This document shows positions 38,493 to 48,000 of a stretch of 64,000 nt of DNA, one piece after another (within the stretch, counting starts at the first letter, position 1; every line of letters starts with the position of its first letter). The stretch spans positions 14,945 through 78,944 of the forward strand of contig JANPMK010000089.1 of assembly GCA_031422775.1 (NCBI GenBank), read 5' to 3'. The stretch is from Akkermansiaceae bacterium (GTDB lineage: Bacteria; Verrucomicrobiota; Verrucomicrobiia; Verrucomicrobiales; Akkermansiaceae). The notes under the pieces were generated by a model. The model saw only the letters and a program-made list of their open reading frames with translations. It had not been told where the DNA came from and did no database searches. The position numbers and the translations under genes were made by a program.

Positions 38493-40222
38493 ATCCCCAT
38501 CTCTCTTTCCAAAGCCTCTTCCATCGCGCGCTCTACCAAGCGAGCTGCAGCGGCTTCGGTTGCTTCGTCCAATGTTTTGACCGCTGCCTTTAACGCATTC
38601 GCATTACCGATTGCCATCGCAGATTTCACTTTAGAAACGGCCTCTTCAATTTCCGCACGTTCCTCGTCCTCCACAAATCCCTGTTCCAAAATCATCTCCA
38701 CCGCAGGCAATAATTCATCGGCCTTCATCTTTGCCTCAGTGAAAATCCGCTCCGACATATCTTCAAACGCAAACTCCACCGACTCACCCACCATCTGCTC
38801 CACCGCCGCATCGTCCACATTCACCGCTGAGTTTTCAATCTTCACAACCACGTCTTTTCCGGTCGAAGTATCTCGGGCAAGAACCTCCAAAATCCCATCA
38901 GCATCGATCTTGAACTGCACCCCAACGCGCGCCTGACCTTTTGGTGCACTTTCCATTTCCACATCGAAATTTCCTAGCTCCCAGTTATCACGAGCCATCT
39001 CGCGCTCGCCCTGCAAAACCCTGACCCGCATCTTCCGCTGACCATCTGCCGCATTGGTAAACATCTCGCCCGCTTTGCATGGGATCGTCGTATTTCGAGG
39101 AATCAACACATTCATCAGCCCCCCGAAGGTTTCAATTCCAAGACTCAGCGGAGTCACATCTAACAAAACCATCTTGCTCATCGCCCCACTTAAAACCCCT
39201 GCCTGTATCGTCGCGCCGAGCGCAATCGCTTCATCCGGATGCTGGGTGACATCGACATTCTTTTCAAAAATTGCTGCGACAGCTATCCTTACCGCAGGCA
39301 TCCTTGTGCTGCCGCCCACCAAAACCACGGCATCGAGATCCGAGTTTTTCAATCCGCTGTCGAGCATCGCTTGTTGAGAACATTTGAGCGTTTTTGCAAT
39401 CCAGTCCCGAGTCATCGCGTTGAGCTCAGTTCTCGTGATTGTTTTCTCAAAGCTACTAGATCCATCGTAAAACGGAATCCTCACAGTGTAACTTTCCTCC
39501 TCAGAGAGCGCACGCTTCGCCTTTTCCGCCTCTTCCAGAAAGCGCATCTGCATTTCAACAGAGAGCTTACCAAGACCTTCGAGTAATCGGCGGGAAATCA
39601 TTTGATCCACGTCATCTCCACCCAAACGCGTATCGCCATGTGTCGCCAACACCTGAAACACACCTTCCTGCATCTCCAGAATAGAGAGATCAAAGGTACC
39701 GCCTCCTAAATCATAAACCGCTACCCGCGAGCGGTCTTTCATCTTATCCAGCCCGTAAGCCAAAGCCGCCGCCGTTGGTTCATTTAAAATTCTCACCACC
39801 TCCAAACCCGCAAGCTCTGCCGCACGTTTCGTTGCGGCCCGCTGGGAATCGTTGAAATAAGCAGGGACCGTCACCACTGTTTGCTTCACCTCAGTTTCCA
39901 ATCTCCATTCCGCAATTCGTTTAAGCTCTCTCAAAATATCCGCGCTGACTTCTTCAGGAGTTTTCCCCACCGCATGTAGCACAGGATCGTCAATGCGCCC
40001 AGCCCCCATCCAGCGTTTCACACTGGTTACGACCCGCATCGGATCGGTCACGCGTCGTCTCAACGCTTTACGCCCAACCTCGACCGCGCCGCCTTCACCA
40101 TACCAAACGGCACTTGGAATGATGCGTTTCCCTTCCTCGTCTGCGAGTAGGATAGGAAAACCTGAATCCACCACGCCCACCGCGGAGTGAGTCGTGCCGA
40201 GATCAATTCCAAGTATCATCAT
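38489..40222 (-). CDS. Hsp70-family chaperone paralog (DnaK/HscA-like)
   Basis: ILGIDLGTTHSAV, VVTVPAYFNDSQRAATK, DLGGGTFD, VLVGGSTRMPAV. Start moved to ATG 40222. The stop overlaps the rfbB start (ATGA). Confidence 0.85.
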   Translation of the reverse strand: MMILGIDLGTTHSAVGVVDSGFPILLADEEGKRIIPSAVWYGEGGAVEVGRKALRRRVTDPMRVVTSVKRWMGAGRIDDPVLHAVGKTPEEVSADILRELKRIAEWRLETEVKQTVVTVPAYFNDSQRAATKRAAELAGLEVVRILNEPTAAALAYGLDKMKDRSRVAVYDLGGGTFDLSILEMQEGVFQVLATHGDTRLGGDDVDQMISRRLLEGLGKLSVEMQMRFLEEAEKAKRALSEEESYTVRIPFYDGSSSFEKTITRTELNAMTRDWIAKTLKCSQQAMLDSGLKNSDLDAVVLVGGSTRMPAVRIAVAAIFEKNVDVTQHPDEAIALGATIQAGVLSGAMSKMVLLDVTPLSLGIETFGGLMNVLIPRNTTIPCKAGEMFTNAADGQRKMRVRVLQGEREMARDNWELGNFDVEMESAPKGQARVGVQFKIDADGILEVLARDTSTGKDVVVKIENSAVNVDDAAVEQMVGESVEFAFEDMSERIFTEAKMKADELLPAVEMILEQGFVEDEERAEIEEAVSKVKSAMAIGNANALKAAVKTLDEATEAAAARLVERAMEEALEREMGI

Positions 40223-40251
40223 TTCACAGGCAAGATGCCTCACCTTAACCT

Positions 40252-40578
40252 CTAGGGAATACGGAAAATTTTCCCGTTCGATGGATCTTTGGCGAGCTGC
40301 CCCGAGCGGAAGCCTTCTACATTGATCACATTAAATGGCGAGTACGGGCTAATCACATGGTTGGGATTAGCGGTGCGTTGAGCGACGGGATGCTCGTCCT
40401 GCGTAGGATGCCTGACGATTTCTTCTTCATCGCCATCTGGACGATCCGGCTTTGGTTGTTCCTGCTCACCGGGAGAATGAGGACGTGGGTGTTGGTGTTC
40501 AGGATAAAATGGAATCGGTTCACAAGAAACCAGTAAGAATGCCGACCCTGCGGCCATCGTGAGTATGAGTTTGGTCAT
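40252..40578 (-). CDS. small lipoprotein, hypothetical
   Basis: Lipobox-like AFLLVSC after a signal sequence. 108 aa, His/Pro-rich middle. Confidence 0.5.
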   Translation of the reverse strand: MTKLILTMAAGSAFLLVSCEPIPFYPEHQHPRPHSPGEQEQPKPDRPDGDEEEIVRHPTQDEHPVAQRTANPNHVISPYSPFNVINVEGFRSGQLAKDPSNGKIFRIP

Positions 40579-40604
40579 GGTTTTTCGGTGTTCGTTGCCT
40601 AAAG

Positions 40605-41444
40605 CTATTCACTTCTGAGCACTCCTGTGAACAGAAATTTCAATAGAATGAGGACTTTTCTGAATTTTGAGACGGAATAACGGCGATCAAACACCCGAAA
40701 CCCGTCCTCTTTCATCTTTTCAAGCAGACATTGGTAAATTTCCGCCATCGCCCGTGCGGGCAGCAGAGCATGGCGATCCATCGGGTGAATCAGCGCCTCG
40801 GCCTCCCGGAACAGATATTCCGCCCGCTCCGCCTGATAACGCATCATCGCCATGAACCGCCCATCATAGACCCGGCCAATCAAATCCCGCTCCGAGTATT
40901 GAAAGCGGATGATGTCGTTTTCCGGCAAATAAATCCGTCCGCCGTTGGCGAGATCCTCGCCGACATCACGTAAAATATTCGTGAGCTGGAGAGCATTCCC
41001 AAGCATTTCCGCATAGCGATCCGAGCTCTCATGCACGCAACCAAAAATTCTCGTCGAAACCAGCCCCACCACCCCCGCAACCTTCCAATTGTATTTCGAA
41101 AGCGCCTCCCAACTTCCGAACTTCTGTGGTTTAAGATCCATCCGGCAGCCATCGATGATTTCTAACAACCAATTAGGCAAAATTCCGCGACGCGCTATCA
41201 TTTCCATCAGCTCATATCCAAGCGCATGCTCTGCCGGAAATCCATGGAGTAATCCTTCTTCCCACGTCTTCAAACCCTCCGAACGCTTAGCCACCGAGAT
41301 GCCCAGCTCATCGGCAATGTCATCTACCGTTCTGCAAAACGCATAGAAAACCACCATATCGTCGCGCCTATCCTTCGGCAGGATTTTTAGCGCGAAGGCC
41401 AAATTGGATTCCGCCTTCCGGGTGATCTCAGATGCGGCGGACAC
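40605..41444 (-). CDS. squalene/phytoene synthase family protein (HpnC/HpnD-like)
   Basis: Two Asp-rich motifs, YAFCRTVDDIADE and LTNILRDVGEDLANGRIYLP. 279 aa. Confidence 0.8.
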   Translation of the reverse strand: MSAASEITRKAESNLAFALKILPKDRRDDMVVFYAFCRTVDDIADELGISVAKRSEGLKTWEEGLLHGFPAEHALGYELMEMIARRGILPNWLLEIIDGCRMDLKPQKFGSWEALSKYNWKVAGVVGLVSTRIFGCVHESSDRYAEMLGNALQLTNILRDVGEDLANGGRIYLPENDIIRFQYSERDLIGRVYDGRFMAMMRYQAERAEYLFREAEALIHPMDRHALLPARAMAEIYQCLLEKMKEDGFRVFDRRYSVSKFRKVLILLKFLFTGVLRSE

Positions 41445-41455
41445 GGTTGGAAAAA

Positions 41456-42682
41456 CTATTTAATGAAGCCCCAATGACCCGTGGTGAACGGCCAGAGCGA
41501 AAACAACGCGGGACCCACCAGGTTGAATTCTTTCACTGATCCCCAGTAACGAGAATCCAGTGAACTACTCGTGTTATCCCCCATCGCAGCATACTCACGC
41601 ATGCCTGGTTTGGCTTTCTCATCTTTGAGCGGTAACACTTCACCATCATCCACCAAATAACGTTTTTGACCGGGGCTCGATTGAGCAAGGACATAACCCT
41701 TGTGCTCTTTTTTAAACGGCGGCCCACCCTCAGCCACTCGGCGTATTCCCGGCTCACTCGCTACTTTTCCATTCACAATTAAATCTGGACTCATGATGGA
41801 AAGCTCATCACCCGGCACACCCACCAAGCGTTTGATGTAGTGCGATCCAGCACCCTGCGGCCCACTGTGCTCTTGGATGCCTTTGATTCCAATCGTATCA
41901 AAAACAAACACCTCTCCGCGCTTCGGCTTCCTGAAATGATACGAAAATTTATCCACCAGAACGAGGTCGCCTGTGTCGATATAACCCTCCATGAGAACCT
42001 GGCCTTTCTTCAAAATGTCACCATTTTTCCTAGCCTCCTTATACGCTGCGACTAGACCAATATCATGCGCCTGACTTGAAGGCGAAGGCAGTCTCAACGG
42101 CTCTTCGTCTATGCTAATCAATTGCGATCGACTGAAAAAATGCAGCCACTGAAAGTCCCTTACATCTCCCCCTTCTTCAATACTGCCATCTGAAGCCTGT
42201 CGCATGAAAACCTGCACTCGGCGGTCTTTATCATTCACCACTTTTTCGTAACTCCTACCCCGCAAGACACTTTCCATCACTCGTTCCGGAAACGATGGCC
42301 ATTTCTCTTTTTTCAAAGGAGTTCCGGTAATCCCGTTCAAAGTCGGCTGCATCGATCCCGTCGGAATCCGAAACGGCTGCAAATAATACGCACGCAATCC
42401 AAGTGCGATGACGATCGCCACAAACATGACTTCAACATTCTCCTCAAACCAACCCTGCGGCTTCTCACGCGGCAGCGCATTTTCACACGTCGCACGCAAC
42501 TGCTTTGACGCCTCATCCACCTTTTCCTTATCCTTGCTCTTAATCGCTTGAACCAGATCTTTACGTCGAGATTCGATCTCCGCAACCCGCTCAGCAGTTA
42601 GCAAATCTCTTTTGTAATTCAGAAATTTGGTCGCTCCTTTAGCGAGATGGTTCGCATTTTTTTTCCAAGCAGGCGTGAACAT
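41456..42682 (-). CDS. lepB: signal peptidase I, long form
   Basis: IPTGSMQPTL (catalytic Ser), IKRLVGVPGD (catalytic Lys), GDNTSSSLDSRYWG. ATG 42682 preferred over the TTG at 42736. Confidence 0.85.
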   Translation of the reverse strand: MFTPAWKKNANHLAKGATKFLNYKRDLLTAERVAEIESRRKDLVQAIKSKDKEKVDEASKQLRATCENALPREKPQGWFEENVEVMFVAIVIALGLRAYYLQPFRIPTGSMQPTLNGITGTPLKKEKWPSFPERVMESVLRGRSYEKVVNDKDRRVQVFMRQASDGSIEEGGDVRDFQWLHFFSRSQLISIDEEPLRLPSPSSQAHDIGLVAAYKEARKNGDILKKGQVLMEGYIDTGDLVLVDKFSYHFRKPKRGEVFVFDTIGIKGIQEHSGPQGAGSHYIKRLVGVPGDELSIMSPDLIVNGKVASEPGIRRVAEGGPPFKKEHKGYVLAQSSPGQKRYLVDDGEVLPLKDEKAKPGMREYAAMGDNTSSSLDSRYWGSVKEFNLVGPALFSLWPFTTGHWGFIK

Positions 42683-42841
42683 ACGAGGAAACCCTGCACC
42701 CCGAGAAGCTTCCCTGCAAGCCCTACGCCATGACAAAACCTAAAATCTTGCCTTCGAATACCCCTTGATTCACTTTGGCAGTATGAATTTGATATTCAGG
42801 ACCTTTTTCATTTTGATTACCTGCGGCATTCCCAGCCATCT

Positions 42842-43156
42842 TTGTGCTCAGCCGCCAAAGCACTCAACGAGACGATAGAGAGCGGAAATTACCAAGAACG
42901 CGGCGTCAATAGCCCTCTCTGGGAAAATGTCTCACTGCTCAATCGCTTGAGAGAAAACGTCGATCCAAGAACCAAAGACTATCTCGATGCTTTCCTCAAA
43001 ACCGCAACACTCCTCAAAGACATCATCGCCAGCGGAAAGAAGCAATGGACGTCCGATCAACTACGCGAATTCAATTCCTTGGTCACGAAAATCCAATCCG
43101 AAGAAAGCAAACTCCTCAACAACGTCGAAATCCAAGAGGAAATGATGGATCAGTGA
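42842..43156 (+). CDS. hypothetical protein; the reading frame appears split from its own signal peptide
   Basis: The 104-aa ORF has no ATG. A signal-peptide-like 31-codon ORF (ATG 42783, MNLIFRTFFILITCGIPSHLCAQ...) sits just upstream in another frame. Confidence 0.35.
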   Translation: MCSAAKALNETIESGNYQERGVNSPLWENVSLLNRLRENVDPRTKDYLDAFLKTATLLKDIIASGKKQWTSDQLREFNSLVTKIQSEESKLLNNVEIQEEMMDQ

Positions 43157-43169
43157 CATTTCACTGATC
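43148..43169. terminator. hairpin between convergent genes (possible bidirectional terminator)
   Basis: GATCAGTGA-CATT-TCACTGATC, a perfect 9-bp stem spanning the stop codon of 42842..43156. No clear U-tract. Confidence 0.35.
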
Positions 43170-43190
43170 ACTACTTACTCTGCACCTTCC

Positions 43191-44306
43191 TCAAACCCCA
43201 ACCCGCAGATCCCTAACACTCCACAACGTCCCTCCCGCTCCTTTCCCTGCCCCCCGCATCTTCCGCGCTCCATCTTTTCTCTTCTCAGAAAATCTCTCTC
43301 GCGCCGCGTCAAACGCATCATTCACAAAGCTCTTGCTACCGATCACGGCCCCGTCCGTGAAATACCTTACCCGCGTCCGCAAGATTTTCGTCATCCCTAG
43401 CTCAGGTAAGCGTGACTCATCGTGGGGGCGATCATTGGTCGCCCTCCTGCCTTCTTTGCTTTCCTCAATCGCCGTAGAACGTTGAATCTTCGCATTCGAT
43501 GGCTTCCGCTCCAACGCCATTCCCATTAACCTCCGATACTGCCGCGATGCCTGTTTCCACATCGTCGCATCAAATCCCACATCACGATCCGACATCATCG
43601 CCCTCACCAATCCCTCCCGCGCCTTCTTACCATTTCCTCTCGGCCCTCCGCCCACTGCCTCCCCATAGCTACTCCAACGGTATTCCGCAGGATCTTCCAC
43701 CATCTTCGCCCTAACAGGATTTAGATCGATGTAAGCCGCCATCACTCGTGCCGCCGTGCCGCTCTCTACGATTACGCTTTTAAATCTATCCTCCCACAAC
43801 CGCCCCGTCCGCTTATGCTGACCGTTAAACCATTGGGTAAAACGCTGCATCAACCCTTTCATGAACTGACTCAGATCGTGCATGCGATGCGTGAACCGAC
43901 CCTTGATTTCCTCCACCCGCTCCGGGTTCCCTCCCTCTAGGCCGCCCTCATGCCTTGCTTCGTGAATTTGTGCCGCCACATCCGCCACAAACGCATCGCT
44001 GTATAAAGCCGAGAGACGCTTGAGAAACACATCATCGGCAATGCCTTCCTCCGGCTTAGGCGGAACCTCAACCAGCAAATGGATGTGATTGCTCATGATG
44101 CAATACGACAAAACTCGGCACCCACTGAAATTCTCATACATCCGCATAAACATTCGGAACTTCTCCTTCTCCTCCACCCCAAACGCAAACCTCCGCTCCA
44201 CAACCCTTGAAATACAATGGTAAATCGATGGTTTCTCCAACGAATCCTTCCAAGGCGATATCCAACGTGCACGTCTCATTTGCTCCTTTTTAACTCCCAA
44301 ATCCAA
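43191..44306 (-). CDS. IS200-like / REP-associated (RayT-like) Y1 tyrosine transposase family protein with a long C-terminal extension
   Basis: HUH motif SNHIHLLVEV and catalytic-Tyr helix AAYIDLNPVRAKMV. 371 aa. No terminal inverted repeats of a classical IS are evident. Confidence 0.75.
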   Translation of the reverse strand: MDLGVKKEQMRRARWISPWKDSLEKPSIYHCISRVVERRFAFGVEEKEKFRMFMRMYENFSGCRVLSYCIMSNHIHLLVEVPPKPEEGIADDVFLKRLSALYSDAFVADVAAQIHEARHEGGLEGGNPERVEEIKGRFTHRMHDLSQFMKGLMQRFTQWFNGQHKRTGRLWEDRFKSVIVESGTAARVMAAYIDLNPVRAKMVEDPAEYRWSSYGEAVGGGPRGNGKKAREGLVRAMMSDRDVGFDATMWKQASRQYRRLMGMALERKPSNAKIQRSTAIEESKEGRRATNDRPHDESRLPELGMTKILRTRVRYFTDGAVIGSKSFVNDAFDAARERFSEKRKDGARKMRGAGKGAGGTLWSVRDLRVGV

Positions 44307-44332
44307 TATTGCAACAGGAAAGTCATATATAA

Positions 44333-44371
44333 GGACTGTCCCTTTTTAACAGTCCCTTTTTCAGGGGACTC
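44333..44371. repeat. overlapping hairpins and direct repeat upstream of the Y1 transposase gene
   Basis: GGACTGT (44333-39) pairs with ACAGTCC (44349-55). AGTCCC (44351-56) pairs with GGGACT (44365-70). GTCCCTTTTT is directly repeated 14 nt apart. Confidence 0.5.
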
Positions 44372-44653
44372 TTACACTGGGTCTTTGTGTATCGTGCGCG
44401 CCCTGCACGATCGCTCTTCACTAACGTGCCTGATGTTGTCTCTTGTATAGATGTCATAGAATCCAAATCTATGGCATCTATGCTATCCTTGAATAGAGAG
44501 GTTCTGTTGGGCGCTTAAGAAGGGCGACCCAACGCACCATGCGATTCATCCGATGGTTACGAGCCCACATCTATAAAAACGCTCCTCTAAGCGAATCTAT
44601 CAAACGCCTCACCGCAGTCTGGTCTTGTTAACTTATCAACTTTTCCACACCGA

Positions 44654-45070
44654 TCAGTTATGCCTAATCGTAGAATTCCAAGATTTAAAAACCAATTTCC
44701 CGTTTTTAAATGTATTAAAAAATCTGACTATTTTTATATTTTCCATTCCAATATTAACATTAATATAACTAACAAATAATATTTTCCGGCAAACTATTTC
44801 TACATTGTTAAATATAATATTATTAACAAAATCAATAATGTCATTATGAGATTCGCAGGATCGAAAATTCCAAGAAGCAAACTCAGGTATGCTTTCAATA
44901 CTTAAGTCAGCACCTGCTTCAGTTATTACCAAATGAATTTTAATTTTATCAACAGCAGGTTGCTTTGTCTCTAATATATAAAAATTATTTTCGATGTCTG
45001 ACGCCGTTATTTCAAAAAATCCATCAAGCGCCATAAGATCATCAACAATAGCAGCTGGATAATTATCCAT
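44654..45070 (-). CDS. putative immunity protein for the upstream RHS C-terminal toxin
   Basis: 139-147 aa ORF directly after (or overlapping by 17 nt) the giant RHS gene on the same strand. Extremely AT-rich relative to the window. No signal peptide or TM. No family recognised. Confidence 0.5.
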   Translation of the reverse strand: MDNYPAAIVDDLMALDGFFEITASDIENNFYILETKQPAVDKIKIHLVITEAGADLSIESIPEFASWNFRSCESHNDIIDFVNNIIFNNVEIVCRKILFVSYINVNIGMENIKIVRFFNTFKNGKLVFKSWNSTIRHN

Positions 45071-45080
45071 GATTCGAATT

Positions 45081-48000
45081 TTATTTATTGGAAGCATTGT
45101 AAAGCCATCTTTTCAATATAGCTGTATCATTAGCTACATTATTCGGTACAAATGTTTTTGGAACTTGGAAGTGAAAGCTAGCGATATTAGGTCTCAAGGC
45201 ATTTGTGCCAAGTCCAAAGCGAAATGCCATTCCATACTCTCCAGCTGCAGTTCCAGTACTCCACCCGGCTTTAATGACCGATCCTGCTTGATTATAAGTC
45301 CCCCCGGCTCCTCCAAATGCCGAATGGCCAAATCTGGAGGATGTGACACCAAATATTTCGCTTAAAAATGCTTTTTTTCCTAGATAACTTAGCCCTGCTC
45401 CAACTCCCTTGAATATACCCCCACCGACTGCAGACGTAATCATGTATTCTTGTGTAGCTAGCGACGCCCCTAAGGCTTCGGATTTAGCAAAATTTGCAAA
45501 ATAGTGCAATTGTGCTTCTGCTCTCGGTGTAAAGACCGTTCCAAGTTCAAAATCATTTACGTCACCAGAAAATCCTAATGCCGATACCCCGTGGCACTGA
45601 ATGCACGGAAGTGCGGTATCTTGAGTAATGTATCTAGGTGTTCTTCTGTCCCCCTCCGCGTTAACCAGATGTTGGAATGCAGCAGTCCAAGCGCCGTTGG
45701 CGAATTTTCCTCCACCCAGCACCGAGGCTGTGCCGCCAGCAACACTAGCAACGGCAGTCCGTCCTGCAAGGCCTAGGCTAGAACCTATCTTTGTATCTGG
45801 ATTGGTTAGCCCGGATACAGCGGTTGCAGCTCCTGCTGCCGCTGAGATAAACCCATCTCCAAACTTTTCGCCCATTGCTACGTTGGTGGCACCACCAATA
45901 ATTCCGTGACCCACAATGTTTGCTACACCACCAACCATGTGCAGAGGTCCGGTCAATGCTCCCGAGATCCCTTGAATTGTTGCTCCGCGCAACACATCAC
46001 CCAAGTCTCCCCCATTGAGACCGGCACTAAGCGCACCAGTAACAGCTCCAACCACAGCACCCGCGGCCGCAAACCCAGCTATCGCCCCGTATGCTACGGC
46101 TGAATAGAAACCGACACCGCTTGCTGCAAGAGAATACGCCACAGAATAGGCTACCGATCCCGCAATGCCAGCGGTCACGATCGTAGCGACTACAGCCACA
46201 ACTATCACCACAATCGTCCGCCAGTTCTCTTTGATGAAGCTTCCTATTTTACTGAACGCCTTGCTGATGAACGAGAAACCACTTGGATCTGTTGCGTTAA
46301 GCGGATTGTTTAGAACGTAACTGTAGCGGTTGAAGTTTTGACTGTATTCGGGGATTTGGACGACTGGGTCGGGTGAGAGGAAGCGGCCTAGTTCCGGATC
46401 GAAGATTCGGCCGTTCATGTGGATGAGGCCGGAGTCGTCTAACTGTTCGTGGCCGGTGTAGCCGCGGTCGTGGTCTTTTGAGCTGGTGCGGAAGGGATCA
46501 GCATCGCTGGCGCGGTAGCTTATTTGGGTGGCGGCGTCGCGACGTTCGCCCCATGCATCGAAGGATTGGTATTCGGTGGATTGGCTGGCGAAAGATGAGC
46601 CGTTCCAGATGCCGACGACTAACGCATCGGTGGAGCCGAGGTGATCTGCGATGACGTTGGTGAGTTTGGTTCCGGGATTTGAGCCGCCGAGGACGCGGGT
46701 GTAAATCATTCCACCGCCGAGTGAATGCCTGTGCACAGTTTTGACCAGAACAGGGCTGGCCGTTCCGTTGGTTTTTGTCGTGTGTTTTTCACGCTCGTAG
46801 GAGCCGAGGTAGAGGGTGGTTTCGATTGCACGGGAATCATTCCCCGATACACGTTCCTTGATCTGGCGAGCGCGGCTGCCACCGGCATCGAAATCAAACA
46901 GGCTGGTCACCGTGCTTGCGCTGGCGTGGACGATGTTTCCGGAAAAATCCTTCAATTCAGGAACGCCTTGGTATTCGAGGCTTTGGAGCTGGCCGAAGGA
47001 GGTCCAAGTGTAGGTGCGCTTGCCGTCTGAGGTGACGTAACCAGCGGCATCGTAAGAGTAGGTGCGGTTGAAACCTTTCACTGTTGCCGATGTGACCGCA
47101 TGGAGGCGAGTCGGGCTGGCGTATGTTAGAGTGGCGGAGTTGCCTTTGGTGAGCAGGTTGCCTTTGATGTCATAGGAATAACTTTGTGGAGGTGGGACGC
47201 TGGTGATGGTCGCTCCTGGTAGGGCGACGACTGAGGATGATGTGAGGCGGTTCAGGGTATCATAGCCGAAGGTTTCACTGCGTTGTGCGATGATATCGTT
47301 GCGGATTTTCAAATTTCCCAAACTATCCCAAGTGTAGGTTTTGTTTTGGATGGAATCGCCATTGCGAGTAGCGGAAAGCGCAAGCACATCGCCTTTGGCG
47401 GGATCATAGGAGGCGATGATGTTGACGTTTTGGGCGAGATGTTGGGTGAGAGCGCGGCCCTTGCTGTCATAGATTCCCGCCTGCCATAAAACCGTGCCCG
47501 CACCTTCGTAGGTTCCGGGAGCGAGTTTTTGCCTCAGAGGGAAAGAATAATCCTCATCATACTCATTCATGACGGTCAGACCTCCGGCATCGGTCGATGA
47601 AGTGACGCGCCCCAGCGCATCGTAAGTGCTGGATGTGGTAAACGTTTCACCGAACTGAGTTTTGGATGTGGTGAGGGGTCGGCCTAATGAATCGTAGGTA
47701 AACGATTCCTGATAACCACTCGCCGCGCCGGAGCCGGTGATTTCAATGACCTTGCCGCGCAAGACGCCAGAGGCTCCGCTGTAGAGTGTGCTGTATGTGC
47801 CTTCGGGTTGGGTGACTGTTAGAGGTCGGCCCAAGACATCATAGGTGAATGATGAGACTTGGCCTTTTGCGTTGGTGGAGGAAAGGACTTCGCCAAAAGC
47901 GTTGTAGACGGAGGATGAGGTGCCGGAGTTGGTTTCGGTTACCGAAATTTTATTTCCAAACGTGTCCCAGGTGTTGGTGAGCAAGGTATTGCCACCGACG

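Noticed and set aside
20667-40222. NifU-like scaffold and Hsp70 paralog considered as parts of one isc/hsc operon
   Set aside because: They are about 17 kb apart on opposite strands. No iscS, hscB, fdx or iscA lies in between.
45069-45365. 98-aa plus-strand ORF overlapping the 3' end of the RHS gene and the start of the immunity ORF
   Set aside because: It is antisense to both. It arises in a very AT-rich stretch where long random ORFs are unexpected, but it has no start context or motifs. The same-strand toxin-immunity arrangement explains the region better.
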